Source: Octopus vulgaris
Lineage: Eukaryota
Assembly (NCBI GenBank): GCA_951406725.2
Contig: OX597828.1
Coordinates: forward strand, 57,970,001-58,034,000
DNA length: 64,000 nt
Reading direction: 5' to 3'
In this document: positions 40,433 to 53,933 of the stretch, piece after piece
Layout of the letters: the number at the start of each line of letters is the position of its first letter
Position numbering within the stretch: position 1 is the stretch's first letter
Program-made: the position numbers and the translations under genes
The notes under the pieces: generated by a model
Databases searched by the model: none
What the model was told of the DNA's origin: nothing
Seen by the model: the letters and a program-made list of their open reading frames with translations, nothing else

Positions 40433-40614
40433 ACAGGCTTCTTTCAGTTTCCGTCTACTAAATCCACTCACAAGGCTTTTGTCGGCCCGAGGCTATAGTA
40501 GAAGACACTTGCCCTAGGTGCCGCGCAGTTGGACTGAACCCGGAATCATGTTGGTAAGCAAGCTACTTACCACACAGCCACTCCTGCACCTATGTATGCA
40601 TGTATGTATGTATG

Positions 40615-40680
<66 letters not shown>

Positions 40681-40684
<4 letters not shown>

Positions 40685-42412
40685 AAAGGGCTTAGTAAAA
40701 TAAATTACTTTGCCGCATACTGAACTCATTAGAAATAGCAGCTAAAAAACTTTTTTAAAGCTATTTCTAATACTTAAAGAAAATCTCTCTCATATAGTGC
40801 TTGCTTAACTCAACTCACGAAAGTTTGGGGTAAGGACATCAAAAAATCAAATGCAAAGGTTATTTGAGAACGTGCGTTTCAAGATTAGTCAACACGACAC
40901 TTCTATCATCAGCTCAGAAACTCCTTGGTTTGGATTCAAATCCAAACCAAGGAGTTTCTGAGCTGATGATAGAAGTGTCGTGTTGACTAATCTTGAAACG
41001 TACGTTCTCAAATAACCTTTGCATTTGATTTTTTGATGTCCTTACCCCCAAACTTTCGTGAGTTGAGTTAAGCAAGCACTATATGAGAGAGATTTTCTTT
41101 AAGTATTAGAAATAGCTTTAAAAAAGTTTTTTAGCTGCTATTTCTAATGAGTTCAGTATGCGGCAAAGTAATTTATTTTACTAAGCCCTTTTATATAATG
41201 TAATAATTTGAATTCGCCTTAAATGGTCCCTTTGCATACTGAACACTTGGTGAAATTGATTAATAATTAATTAATTTTACCCTCAATTGTTGAAATTATA
41301 ATTAATCTCCCTCTAATTAATGCTTCGGATTTTACCGAAATAAGCATAGTGTTTGATGATTTTAACCCACGCTGGTGGAAAGGGGAGAACAGAAATTCTT
41401 CGCTTGCATATTTGAGTTTGTTGGCACTGTTAGTTGCGAGCAGATCTTCGAAAGCGATGAGAAGCCGAAAAGGTATGCTCTTACTTTCAGTGTTTTCAAA
41501 TCCAAACCAAGGAGTTTCCGAGCTGATGATAGAAGTGTCGTGTTGACTAATCTTGAAACGTACGTTCTCAAATAACCTTTGCATTTGATTTTTTGATGTC
41601 CTTACCCCCAAACTTTCGTGAGTTGAGTTAAGCAAGCACTATATGAGAGAGATTTTCTTTAAGTATTAGAAATAGCTTTAAAAAAGTTTTTTAGCTGCTA
41701 TTTCTAATGAGTTCAGTATGCGGCAAAGTAATTTATTTTACTAAGCCCTTTTATATAATGTAATAATTTGAATTCGCCTTAAATGGTCCCTTTGCATACT
41801 GAACACTTGGTGAAATTGATTAATAATTAATTAATTTTACCCTCAATTGTTGAAATTATAATTAATCTCCCTCTAATTAATGCTTCGGATTTTACCGAAA
41901 TAAGCATAGTGTTTGATGATTTTAACCCACGCTGGTGGAAAGGGGAGAACAGAAATTCTTCGCTTGCATATTTGAGTTTGTTGGCACTGTTAGTTGCGAG
42001 CAGATCTTCGAAAGCGATGAGAAGCCGAAAAGGTATGCTCTTACTTTCAGTGTTTTCAAATCCAAACCAAGGAGTTTCCGAGCTGATGATAGAAGTGTCG
42101 TGTTGACTAATCTTGAAACGTACGTTCTCAAATAACCTTTGCATTTGATTTTTTGATGTCCTTACCCCCAAACTTTCGTGAGTTGAGTTAAGCAAGCACT
42201 ATATGAGAGAGATTTTCTTTAAGTATTAGAAATAGCTTTAAAAAAGTTTTTTAGCTGCTATTTCTAATGAGTTCAGTATGCGGCAAAGTAATTTATTTTA
42301 CTAAGCCCTTTTATATAATGTAATAATTTGAATTCGCCTTAAATGGTCCCTTTGCATACTGAACACTTGGTGAAATTGATTAATAATTAATTAATTTTAC
42401 CCTCAATTGTTG

Positions 42413-42420
<8 letters not shown>
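40681..42420 (+). mobile_element. Non-autonomous PLE-like element: about 255-bp inverted arm plus about 2.6 tandem copies of a 560-nt unit, inserted in (TA)n
   Basis: Identical ORFs recur at a 560-nt offset (41267/41827). 40681-40936 is the reverse complement of about 40940-41195. One hammerhead per unit. Confidence 0.85.
40959..41010 (+). ncRNA. Hammerhead in the 560-nt repeat (further copies 41519-41570 and 42079-42130; inverted copy 40865-40916)
   Basis: UGAG-CUGAUGA-UAGA...UCUU-GAAA-CGUACG-UU-CUCA. Confidence 0.75.
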
Positions 42421-42463
<43 letters not shown>

Positions 42464-42932
42464 ATGCGTGTGTGTGATGTTTGTGTATTATATATAATCA
42501 AGTTTTCAATAAAACGTACAATTGTTTAACTTTCTAAATCATACCGTGTTTGGCTGTTAAACTGAAATCTACTTGAGGTGATTATCGCTAAGCACCTGTT
42601 CTTAGACATAAATAAGTTATGCATTAAAATCGAACGAAACGACCGAGTCAATCGTTGTCTTACATCTCTTACATTTGTTCACCTTTCATAACATAGTCAT
42701 TACATGATTCTATAAACTTGAATACTTGTACAAGTCAATGGACTGGATTTTCGCGAAACGTAATACGTTAGTCTCTGAAGTCATCGTCCGTACACACATT
42801 TGTTCGACTAAAGGCAGTGTTTCAGCACCGCTGCAGTCAAATGACTGACACAATTAAAAGAATGTGTATATATATACTAAATGATTGATACGGAAGACAG
42901 GGTGTACTGAAAGATTTATTAAGCACAATACA

Positions 42933-42997
<65 letters not shown>

Positions 42998-43194
42998 ATA
43001 TATATGTATGTATGTATGTATACACACCGGAGTGAGCATATAAATTCGAAACAAGGTGGAAAAAATAGTATTCAAATACCAGAGGTAGAGTAATATGTTT
43101 TATTGAGAAGCAGCAAAAGTATCACAAAAACTGTCACGTTCCCGTTCGTCGGACAGTTTCTAAACAAAATTATCCGATGAGCGGGAACGTGAAA

Positions 43195-43271
<77 letters not shown>

Positions 43272-43823
43272 TATATGCATATATATATGCACATATATGT
43301 TTGTGTGTGTGTATATTTATATATATATGTGTGTGTGTATATGTATATATGTATATGTATAGATGTACATATATATGAGTGTGTGTCATAGCATTCCAAT
43401 CCTTCTACACTAGGTCACCATCTAACATAATGAATATAAAATGTTTGTATCAGACACCAGATTCCACTCTGAATCCATAATAAAGCATTTAACTCTAAAA
43501 TGTTCTGTCGGGTAAAATGTCAACAGCTCTACGTAGACGTGCAATTTCCAACATAACAACCTGCATCAGTAAAGAGTGGTTTTAACAGAATTTCAATTAG
43601 GTTCATATTCTGTGGTCTTCATTGCTAATAGAATAAACGTATAGACCATATTTTTTAGTTACGCTCCAGATATAGGCGCGGACGTTGCTGTGCGCTTAAA
43701 AAAACTTGCTTCCCAATCACATGGTTCTGAGTTCAGTCTCACTGCGCGGTACCTTGGGTAAGTGTCTTCTACTATAGCTCAGAACCTTGAGTGTATTGGT
43801 AGACGGAAACTGGAAGACATTCG

Positions 43824-43904
<81 letters not shown>

Positions 43905-44174
43905 TGTCTGTCTGTTTTTCTGTCTGTTTGTCACCCGCCACCGCTTGGCGACCAGTGTTGGCTTGTTTATGTCTCCGAAACTTAGTGGTTCAGCAAAATT
44001 AACTAATAGACTAAACCATTTCAAGTTGGTTGCCCCAGCATGGCCAGAGTTCAATGACAGAAACAATCAAAAGATAAAAGACATTGTTATGCTTAGAGAT
44101 GGTCATATTTTGCCAATTAAACACACACACTATATGGTTGGTCTTTGCTTCAGATTTTTGTTTGTTCCTTCTCA

Positions 44175-44460
44175 AGCCATGCCTGGCTCATAAGGGCCGG
44201 TTTCCCGCTTTCCTTGGCGTATAGGTTCCCCACCTGGACGGGACGCTGGTCCGTCGCAGGTGAACTGCAAGATGCAGGAGGAAAGAGTGAGAGAAAGTTG
44301 TGGCAAAAGAGTCAGCAGAAGTTCGCCATTACCTTCTGCCGGAGCCGCGTGGAGCTTAGGTGTTTCGCTCATAAATACACACATCGCCCGGTCTGAGATT
44401 CGAACCCGCGATCCGTCGACCGCAAGTCCTCTGCTCTAACCACTAGGCCATGTGCCTCCA
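44175..44460 (-). mobile_element. tRNA-derived SINE, third family (representative copy)
   Basis: Minus-strand head ggcacatggcctagtggttagagc...gggttcgaatc. Related copies at about 2570-2790, 12085-12380, 26865-27060, 62955-63060. Confidence 0.75.
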
Positions 44461-45638
44461 CTTGCTTCAGATTTTTAGTTATTCCATTCGTGTTATAATT
44501 TTTTGTTGACTCTCCATCTTCAATGACTCTCCATCTCTCGTGTCTCCTCTTGTTTTGCTAAGTGCATTTTCTTTTCTGTAGTGTGTATCTTTATCTGTGT
44601 ATGCGTCTGCGTCTTTATCTCTGAGTGTGTGCACGTGTGTGTGCACGTGTGTGTGCACGTGTGTGTGCACGTGTGTGTGCACGTGTGTGTGCACGTGTGT
44701 GTGCACGTGTATGCGCGTGCGTTTTGTCTGCGTGTATATGAGTGTGCTTACTACGCTGTTTGTACTCTTGTCTTTTATTTAGTTACCTTATTTTTTCGTT
44801 TATTTATTTATTTATTTATTTATTTATTTTATATCCTCCTTTTTGTTTTTCTTTCTCATTCCATTTTTAGTGTGCTTTGTGTGTGTATTGGTCTATGTAT
44901 TACTCTGTTTGTATACGTGTCTCTTTTCTTCTTCTCTCATTCTGTCTTTAGCCATCAGGTTACGTAGTGTGGTAAAGTGGAGGGTTGTTATTATTCCATT
45001 CATGTTTTTTGTTGAAGCTCTCTCTGTCTATTATTATGTGCGTGGCCTCTGTGATCTGTCTAAGTGTCGTGTCTGTTCTATGTGTTGAGAATATCTTAAC
45101 ATCTATGTCCTTAACCTAACCTCTGTGTTCTAATTATGTCGGTAGAGCACTGACGAGCTGCGTGTATTTAATTGGCAAACTATGACCACCCCCCAAGTAT
45201 AACACGATTTCACAGCAAGAATCTTGCAAAACAAATGCATAAACGTAATAAAAGATATTGTTCTACATTTTTCTCCCCTTCTTCAATCGGGAGAGACAAC
45301 CTATGCTTTTATATTTCTTTTTGTCATAGCCTAGGATTTAAACTCTGTCAAGAGCTTCTTGCTCTCGAAGGTCAATAAAATATCTAGCACCAATATATAT
45401 TGTGGACAAATAAATCAACTCTCTTAACTCACTTTCGCTTTCCTCACTAATTTACATTCCACATCCAAAACATCTTAGACAACGTGTTTGCAGAGCAGAA
45501 TTGTTAGATTATTTGGTAGAATAGCTTACGAGGTTAATTATGGTTCTCTGTGCTCTGCGTTTAATACCCGCTGAGACCAACTTTACCTTTCATCCTTTCG
45601 GGATCGATAAATACCAGTCTAGTACAAAAGTCGATTCT

Positions 45639-45822
<184 letters not shown>

Positions 45823-46056
45823 CAATTAAGGGTTTAGCAACGAATTGCCTCACCACACACCGAATTTAGAAATAGCAGTCAAAGAGTTATAGCTATTCTT
45901 TCTACTAAATTCGGTGTGTGGTGAGGCAATTCGTTGCTAAACCCTTAATTGCTTAGTATTACTTAAATTTTCCTCGAATGAGGCTTTTACATGCTGAAAT
46001 CTACTTGGTGTAATTAATAATTATTCCAAATTAATTAATTTCACCCTATATTGTTA

Positions 46057-46105
<49 letters not shown>

Positions 46106-46579
46106 CTTTCTCTCTCTCTCTCCTCCTCCTCCTCTCTCTGATGGAAATCAACTGTGATCAAACCTGAAGAAGAATTCGGCTTCGTATAGTTTAAACTGTC
46201 CAAGACACGCCTCGGGTTATGACGTCACCTCCTACGACTCGGAAATTAACATCCCAAGACAAACCAGTTCTTTATTTACCTGTTTTCCTTCAATAACTAA
46301 ATCTAAACATTTATAAGAGACATTTCATATAGTCTGGTTTGGGAGGGGATCGTGTGTCAGAAGAGAAACTTTCTATTACCAAAATATGTAGAAGTTCGTT
46401 GTGTGCGCCTAACTACTAATAAATAAACATTTTAATATTTCTGTTTCGTATTTCTCTTTTGTTTTTTATTTGGTCGTTTTTTGCTTTGCTCTGTTTCTTT
46501 TTTTGCTTTGTTTTTTATATTCCAAAAGTATTTTAGACTAATTTAAGAAACTTTCATATCTCTATATTTTGTATTGAAG

Positions 46580-46818
46580 GACCTTTTGTTATTGACAAGA
46601 TGAAAGGCGATTTGAAAACGCAGCAGATACTTGATGCCGAAACGGTCAATGAATACAAGTTTTTAGTAAGCGTAATAGACCGCGGAATCCCTCGATACAC
46701 AGTTACAACTTCTGTTCATGTTATTGTTAAAGATATCAATGATAATCCTCCACAATTCAGCTCTCCATTTGGGTATAAATCATATATTCTTGAAGGATTT
46801 GAAGGCGTTTTACCAATT
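46580..46818 (+). CDS. Cadherin exon D (239 nt, phase 1->0)
   Basis: attgaag|GA ... ATT|gtaagt. PFVIDKMKGDLKT...LDAE...VIDRGIP...VKDINDNPPQF...ILEG. Confidence 0.92.
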
Positions 46819-48278
46819 GTAAGTAAAAGTTCATGAAATGTTTTAAAATTTCATATTCTTCTCTGAGAATACCTCTATGTTTATAAGCGTATTATGTGTC
46901 GGTTTTCGTAATCTGAGTTTAAGCCTAGTTAGATGAGCAGGCAGAATTGTTACCGAGCAAAATGCTCAACCACATTTCTTTCGACATTTTATGTTCTGAA
47001 TTTAAATGCCACCGTGGTGGAGTTTGCTTTTTACCCTTTCGATCACCATAAAATAAGTATTAGTTGAGCACTAGAGTCGATACAGTTGGCTTCATCCTCT
47101 TTTCAAAATCGATGGCTTTGAGCCAAAATTTGAGTCATTTAATTCCAGTTCGTTTTTCGTCAGACTTATGACAAAGGCGTTCCAAACATAACAATCTCGA
47201 TTTATTTTGAGACAATGTATCCAAAATTGCAATATACCATATATCCTTTCTTTAAACTGATAATAAGTAGTTTGAAAGAAATTTTGTTATAACTGAAAAT
47301 AAAGGCTGAACAGAACACACGTGACTAGCTTGCCTCACATCCACGAACCAACCAAAACGCGTCTACGTCATGGCTCAGCTTATTATCTTTCCTTTGTTGA
47401 TGCGTGGATGCAAGGTCTGTTCTATAATGGCTTTTCTTCAGTTAGATGGATAGATAGATAGATATATAGATAATTAGATAGACATATATATATGTTCTCA
47501 TAGCTTGCTTACGAACCACATGGTTCTGGGTTCAGTCCCACTGCGTGGCACCTTGAGCAAGTGTCTTCTACTATAGCCCCGGGTCGACCAAAGCCTTGTG
47601 AGTGGATTTGGTAGACGGAAACTGAAAGAAGCCCGTCGTATATATATATGTATGTGTCTGTATATGTTTGTGTGTCTGTGTTTGCCCCCCCCCCCCACAA
47701 CATCGCTTGACAGCCGATGCTGGTGTGTTTACGTCTCCGTAACTTAGCGGTTCGGCAAAAGAGACCGATAGACTAAGTCTTACAAGGAATAAGTCCTGGG
47801 GTCGATTTGCTCGACTAAAGGCGGTGCTCCAGCATGGCCACAGTCAAATGACTAAAACAAGTAAAAGAGTAAAAAAAAAGTATGAATATTTAGTAGAGAA
47901 ACAACTGAATGACGTAGTAAACACATCCTCAAACATAAACACTCAGTAAGACCAAAACTTTGTGAACGAAGATACAGAACGCCTTGTTCGATTGTTGAGC
48001 ATCTCTGAGTCACTGCAACATGATCGTTCATACATTGACATCTCAATTTATTGCTGGTTTCTTACTCTTTTGTCTTTGTATCTGCATCCAATCCGTTATC
48101 TCGGTGTACAAAACATGTAGAAATATGTTGAATTGCATTTTTATCCAATATTTGCCAACGGGAAGCAAAACGAACATAAAGTAAATCAAAATTCCATTGC
48201 GTCAATGAATTACGACTATCATGATCGCACATCATCTAAAGGTAGATGCTTTCCTGTGACGAAATACAACAGTCATCA

Positions 48279-48924
48279 GTATATCCAGGTTCGAATCCAC
48301 CAAAATGCATTAAGAATGAATTTGCTGATTTCTATAAACAACATCCAGTATTCTTGTTAGATTCATTGATCCTGGGGAGCTTTTACTGAAGAGACATACA
48401 ATAAGGCCGAAACAGCGCAGTGTTTCAAAGTTTCCAGACGTATATCCAGGTTCGAATCCACCAAAATGCATTAAGAATGAATTTGCTGATTTCTATAAAC
48501 AACATCCAGTATTCTTGTTAGATTCATTGATCCTGGGGAGCTTTTACTGAAGAGACATACAATAAGGCCGAAACAGCGCAGTGTTTCAAAGTTTCCAGAC
48601 GTATATCCAGGTTCGAATCCACCAAAATGCATTAAGAATGAATTTGCTGATTTCTATAAACAACATCCAGTATTCTTGTTAGATTCATTGATCCTGGGGA
48701 GCTTTTACTGAAGAGACATACAATAAGGCCGAAACAGCGCAGTATTTCAAAGTTTCCAGACGTATATCCAGGTTCGAATCCACCAAAATGCATTAAGAAT
48801 GAATTTGCTGATTTCTATAAACAACATCCAGTATTCTTGTTAGATTCATTGATCCTGGGGAGCTTTTACTGAAGAGACATACAATAAGGTCGAAACAGCG
48901 CAGTGTTTCAAAGTTTCCAGACGT
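48279..48924 (+). repeat. Tandem array, 4 x 161 nt
   Basis: atatccaggttcgaatcc starts at 48281, 48442, 48603 and 48764; copies are nearly identical. Confidence 0.95.
48855..48920 (+). ncRNA. Type I hammerhead in the 161-nt tandem array (best copy; others start at 48372, 48533, 48694)
   Basis: CUGGGGAGCUUUUA-CUGAAGA-GAC..GUC-GAAA-CA GCGCAG UG-UU-UCAAAGUUUCCAG. Confidence 0.7.
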
Positions 48925-50761
48925 CAATGAATTGCGTGTGCTATAAGCACACATTGTCTAAAGGGAAATGTTTTCCGATGACATCAGCATAATCACGTTC
49001 GAATCTGCCAGAACGTGTTAAGAATGAATAGATAAATTGAAATAATAAAAATTTAATTGAATAATGATAATTGACAAAGTTGATGGTGTACTTGTTTAAG
49101 TGCATTACTGTTTTTAGTTATGTATTTCTAAATTCTGAGGTTGTATTCTACCTAACAAGAAAACAAGAACCGTGATTTTTTTCCTTCCTTTCATCTATAG
49201 ATAAAATGATTAAAATTATAAATTAGATTCAAATAAAAAAAAAATTATTTGAATAAAATGTATTCTTTACTGTGTATTTGGAACAATGTAACATAGCAAT
49301 TAAAATACAACGCTAAACCTGTTCAATGTTTTCTTGGTCTCTGCAGGATTTCTTTGCTAAATAACATTAGCATTTATCGAAATTAATTTAAATGCAATAA
49401 TTTTTCAATCGATTATCTACCAAACAAAACATATAGCTTCAACATTTTCTTTTAATTTTGTTGAAGAAATATTTTATTCAACTTTGAAACGAATGAAGAT
49501 TTTGCACTTTAAAAGAACTAACCCCGGATTTACTAGCTCATAAATGGAATTCAGAGCGTATACAGCAATACCACAGAAACGACAAGCCGTCAGCCAGCCA
49601 GCCTGATCGAAACATCAATGTGGATATCAATTTCTAGTCTGAGTATAATATATACGAACAAGTTGTTTGCAAGAAGCGTAGATTTTGTGATAACTGATCT
49701 GTGTAGGCCTAAGCTAACCACAGGTATGAAGATGGCCACGTTGCACCTGTAGATTCCCAATGCATTCCTCCCCTACTCATATCGAGGACCTTGACTTTTT
49801 CGGCTCCCTCCAAATACACATTGAAAACGACGTAAATAAATTTCACGTCCAATGAATCGCCCTGTAAAGAAAGTTCCAGATGTGGTTTGACAACTGATTG
49901 TATGGTCGATGTCTATCAGCCTATCATATGTACTCGACGATAACAATTCGCCCAATTTGCATTTGTAAGACTTAACCGAACAGAGACCGCGGTTTGATTA
50001 TCAAAATATGTATATTACGGGTCCCACGATAAACATTAAATTTTAAAATGTGAATGATGTCTTAATTCATTAGCAAATTGGCAATACAGACTGATATGCT
50101 ATGATTAGAAACCAAATTCAGACTTTCGAACTTTGCTCAAGAAGACACTTAATCTCCTCGCTGTTACTTTCAAACATACACATGCTACTAACGCATTCGT
50201 ATACATACCTACATACACAGATACATACATACACATAATGTTTTTATGCATATATAGTTTCATACAATTTAGATGAACAATAAACATGCGAGAGCAATAA
50301 AAATAGATCGCTTAACTAGGCACACGTTAAATTTCATTAGAAGAGAAATTTGATGGCCTAAAGTGACTCAGGGAATTACATTCTTTCATTTTCCAATGAA
50401 ATAAAACAGAGATATATCAAAGGACATTTCAAACTTTGAAAGACACAATAGACATTCGTCTTCACAATGCAATATTAAGTGTAAACATCCTACGGCCATT
50501 AATACGTCATTTAGTAACCACTGCTGACTGCATGTTTACGTATTCTGTGGAAAACAATTTTGCCTTCCGGAGCCCAACCTACTTAACATTTCTTACAAAG
50601 AAAATAATCGCACATATATGATGTAAATGAAGCGTAAGATACTGCTTGCCGAGAGCTTGCCTTTATTCTGTTTTGCTTTCAGAACAATACAATACGTCGA
50701 TCTGAAATGATTGAGTTCGTATTAATACTTTTGTCGTTGTTGTTTTTTTTATTACTTGCAG

Positions 50762-50935
50762 CAACCTGAACTTACTACATCAGATGCTGATATAATGGAA
50801 GAAAACCAAATAGTAACATATAGCCTAGAAGGAAGTGAAAGCGAGGGCTTTGTGATCGATTCTAGAACAGGTGATGTCTCTGTTAAACCTGGACATCATC
50901 TTGATTGTGAATATCGTAGTAGCTACTTACTAAAC
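50762..50935 (+). CDS. Cadherin exon E (174 nt, phase 0->0; paralogue of exon A)
   Basis: cttgcag|CAA ... AAC|gtaagt. QPELTTSDAD...FVIDSRTGDVSV...LDCEYRSSYLLN. Confidence 0.92.
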
Positions 50936-52151
50936 GTAAGTTTCTTTTTAACAATTATTTCAATTTTTTTCCAGTTAAGCTAATCGTTTAACGAAGCCCT
51001 TGTATAAAATCCTAAACGTTCCCTAAAACCTGGTTGACTTTTAAGGTTTAATACGTATGGTGGGTTTTGTAATATAGTTATCTTCATAGAGAAATATTCA
51101 ATATCATTTCCATTTATATTCTTATGTTAGATTTATGTTACTGAAAAGTAGACGGAATGTGGAATTTTTTCTCTTTCCACCCACTCCCCATATCTGTCAA
51201 TCTTTTCTGCCATACCAACCTGGAGAAGGCAACAGGAAAATGATCAGTCTATCTGTTCTTTTATATTCTGGAATGGAATAACAAATGCCAATACATTACC
51301 TGAGACTGAGTTAAACCATCTGCAGTGGTCCTCGCACTTACTAAGAAGCTTCTCTAGTCTAGATCTCCCTGGGTCGCAGAAAAGGCAAGGCCAGTTTGAG
51401 GGAGAAAACTAGCTGCAGGGGTTTCCATGTAAGTCAGTAATGCTAAACTCAAATGCCTTAGTGAATCCCAACTCCATTTGTTCGTTGACTCATTGTTCGT
51501 TTCATCTTCTCTTGCACACAAGCATTGTTTTTTGTTCTTTTTCGGTGGGGGGTAGGGTTGTTTTTTATATTGTGTTCTGGCGCCTGACCCACCGACCAGT
51601 AGTTTGCATGATTACCAGTAGTAAATCTTGTAATAAGTGAAAAGATGATATGACAGAGAGATATTACATGGAACTCGAGCCCACATAGGATAGATAAAGG
51701 GCTGTAAGAATATTGGGTGCATTGCTAGTACACAGTATTGATTTCAGTTTCAACTGCCAGTATAGCATTCAAAGAAAAAGACTTCTCCAAGGTGTCTTAC
51801 TCTCGACGCACATCATGAAGTTAAATTCTTCAGTGGTGACCTCCATAGGTTATGCAACTCACAATCCCTGTAGCTCCCAACTATGTTTTCTGTTATTTGG
51901 GGCTGCATTCGAATTAAGCTTTATTTTTTGTTTTCATTTATTTATTTGTATTATTTGTTTTGTTTATATTTTTGCTGTTTTTTCTTTTTAAAAATTTTGT
52001 TTCGATATATTTTTTTCCTGCCTCAAAGTTATGGATGATTGGAGTGCCCTTTTAATTATGAATTCCTCTACAGCAAATAGAAATGGTAACTTTTGTGTGT
52101 CGGTCAGGTAAATTGAAACCTGCAGGTAATAATGGGGGAAAACCAAATAGT

Positions 52152-53030
52152 TGCAGGTGGTATTAAAATGCACCCGGACTAGTTCTGTAGCGCGCAAACA
52201 GATGACGGCACATGGTTACGTGCGCAATGAGAGCTATCAGTGACCTTCATGAGACAGTGTACCGGGTGGTATTGCTGTGCTTACTTCGCAAGTTGTGAAA
52301 TTTGTGTTTTTGTGATCACGTGTATAATGTAGTCCCCGATTTTATTCATGGACAGGATGTTGAAACAAAAAGCCAACGTGAAATCTGTGTTAAACTTGGG
52401 AAGTCTGCTACAGAGAAGTTGAGTATGTTTCGGAAAGCTTATGGGGACGAGTCAATGTCTCCAGTGGCATGGGCGCTTCAAAAACGGATGAACCTCTCTG
52501 GAAGACGATGAGAGATCTGGATGATCTGCCACGAACGTCATCTCCGGAAATGTGGTATTGTGCATCGGGAATTCACCCTCTGTGCCAGACTATCAATTGA
52601 GAGTTCTACTGAGGCATTTTGAAGCATTTGAGGGACTGGGTCTGTGGAGCGCGAAGAATTGGTTTCTTCACGACGAAAAGGCACCCTGTCACCGAGTTCT
52701 CCTCACTCGTGAGTTTCTCGCAAATAACAACATGGTATCGCTTCCGCACTAGCCCTATACGCCAGACTTAGCACCTGCGGACTTCCCTTTCTTCCCAAGA
52801 TGAAAATGCAGTTCAAAGGTCGCCGTTTTAACACCACTGTCGAGATCAAGAATGAATTGCAGAAGGTCCTCGACTCGCTTACGGAAAACGACTTCCAGGC
52901 CGGATTCCAAAAGTGGCCGGAACGCTGGGACCGGGGACTATTTCGAAGGATATGATGTTAAAACTTAAAGTAAATAAGTTATTTTTCATTAAACATAACT
53001 AGTCCGGGAACTTTTTGATACCACCTTGTA
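52152..53030 (+). mobile_element. Internally deleted mariner element with both TIRs
   Basis: CVKLGKSATE...AYGDE; WFLHDEKAPCH...LPH.PYTPDLAPADF. Imperfect TIRs caggtggtattaaaatgcacccggactagtt / aactagtccgggaactttttgataccaccttgta. Confidence 0.9.
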
Positions 53031-53226
53031 TTCTGCTCACGAATATAACATACGTTGTGTTATAAATTTTAAACTGTTCACCTCGTTGTTAACAACACTT
53101 CGTCCTAACTTCAGCATTTCGTCTCTATTCTAAAGTTTTGAGATCCTATATTTTAATGAGATCACACTGCTGACAAAATTCGAGGAATTAGAAAAATAAA
53201 TCCTTTTATTTTATTCATACTTCTAG

Positions 53227-53470
53227 ATTACAGCTAAAAATAAAAGGCAAATGGCAACTAGCAGTTTGGAAATAACAGTTCAAGACTTAAATGATCATAC
53301 ACCAGAGTTTCTCGATGAATACGAATTCCATGTTGACCCCAAAACATCAGTTGGCAAAGTTATAGGCCAGGTTAATGCTGTTGATGGAGATCAGTCAGCA
53401 AAAAACAATCAATTTGGTTTCTTTCTTCAAAATGGCAGCTGGGACAAATTTTCAGTTGACACCCAAACAG
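53227..53470 (+). CDS. Cadherin exon F (244 nt, phase 0->1; paralogue of exon B)
   Basis: ttctag|ATT ... ACAG|gtaagt. ITAKNK...ITVQDLNDHTPEF...VNAVDGD...NNQFGFFLQNGSWDKFSVDTQTG. Confidence 0.93.
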
Positions 53471-53634
53471 GTAAGTTCAAATCTGTTACATTGTTTTGGG
53501 GGGTTTTTTTATTGTGTGTGTGTTCTTGGAGTCTTCGACGTTTTCTATCCGAAATTTACATGCTATCATTTATAGCTTAACATGTGCTTCGAAATCTACT
53601 GCTACTACTACTACACACACACACAAACGCAGCA

Positions 53635-53734
<100 letters not shown>

Positions 53735-53874
53735 CGAATGAGCGAACATTAGGTTAAAATACGTGTGTGATGTATTTCACTTCCTAACGGCAAATTGGTT
53801 ACTGTTACAGCGGAGAAAAAATTCTCGCTTTTTTACCAGTCACTAACATATTTTAACTAAACTACTAAAGTCCG

Positions 53875-53933
<59 letters not shown>

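Noticed and set aside
41267-42195. Duplicated 122-aa and 66-aa ORFs as genes
   Set aside because: By-products of the 560-nt tandem repeat; no recognisable domain.
48279-48924. CRISPR-like array
   Set aside because: Units are identical over their full length with no unique spacers, the context is eukaryotic, and there are no cas genes.
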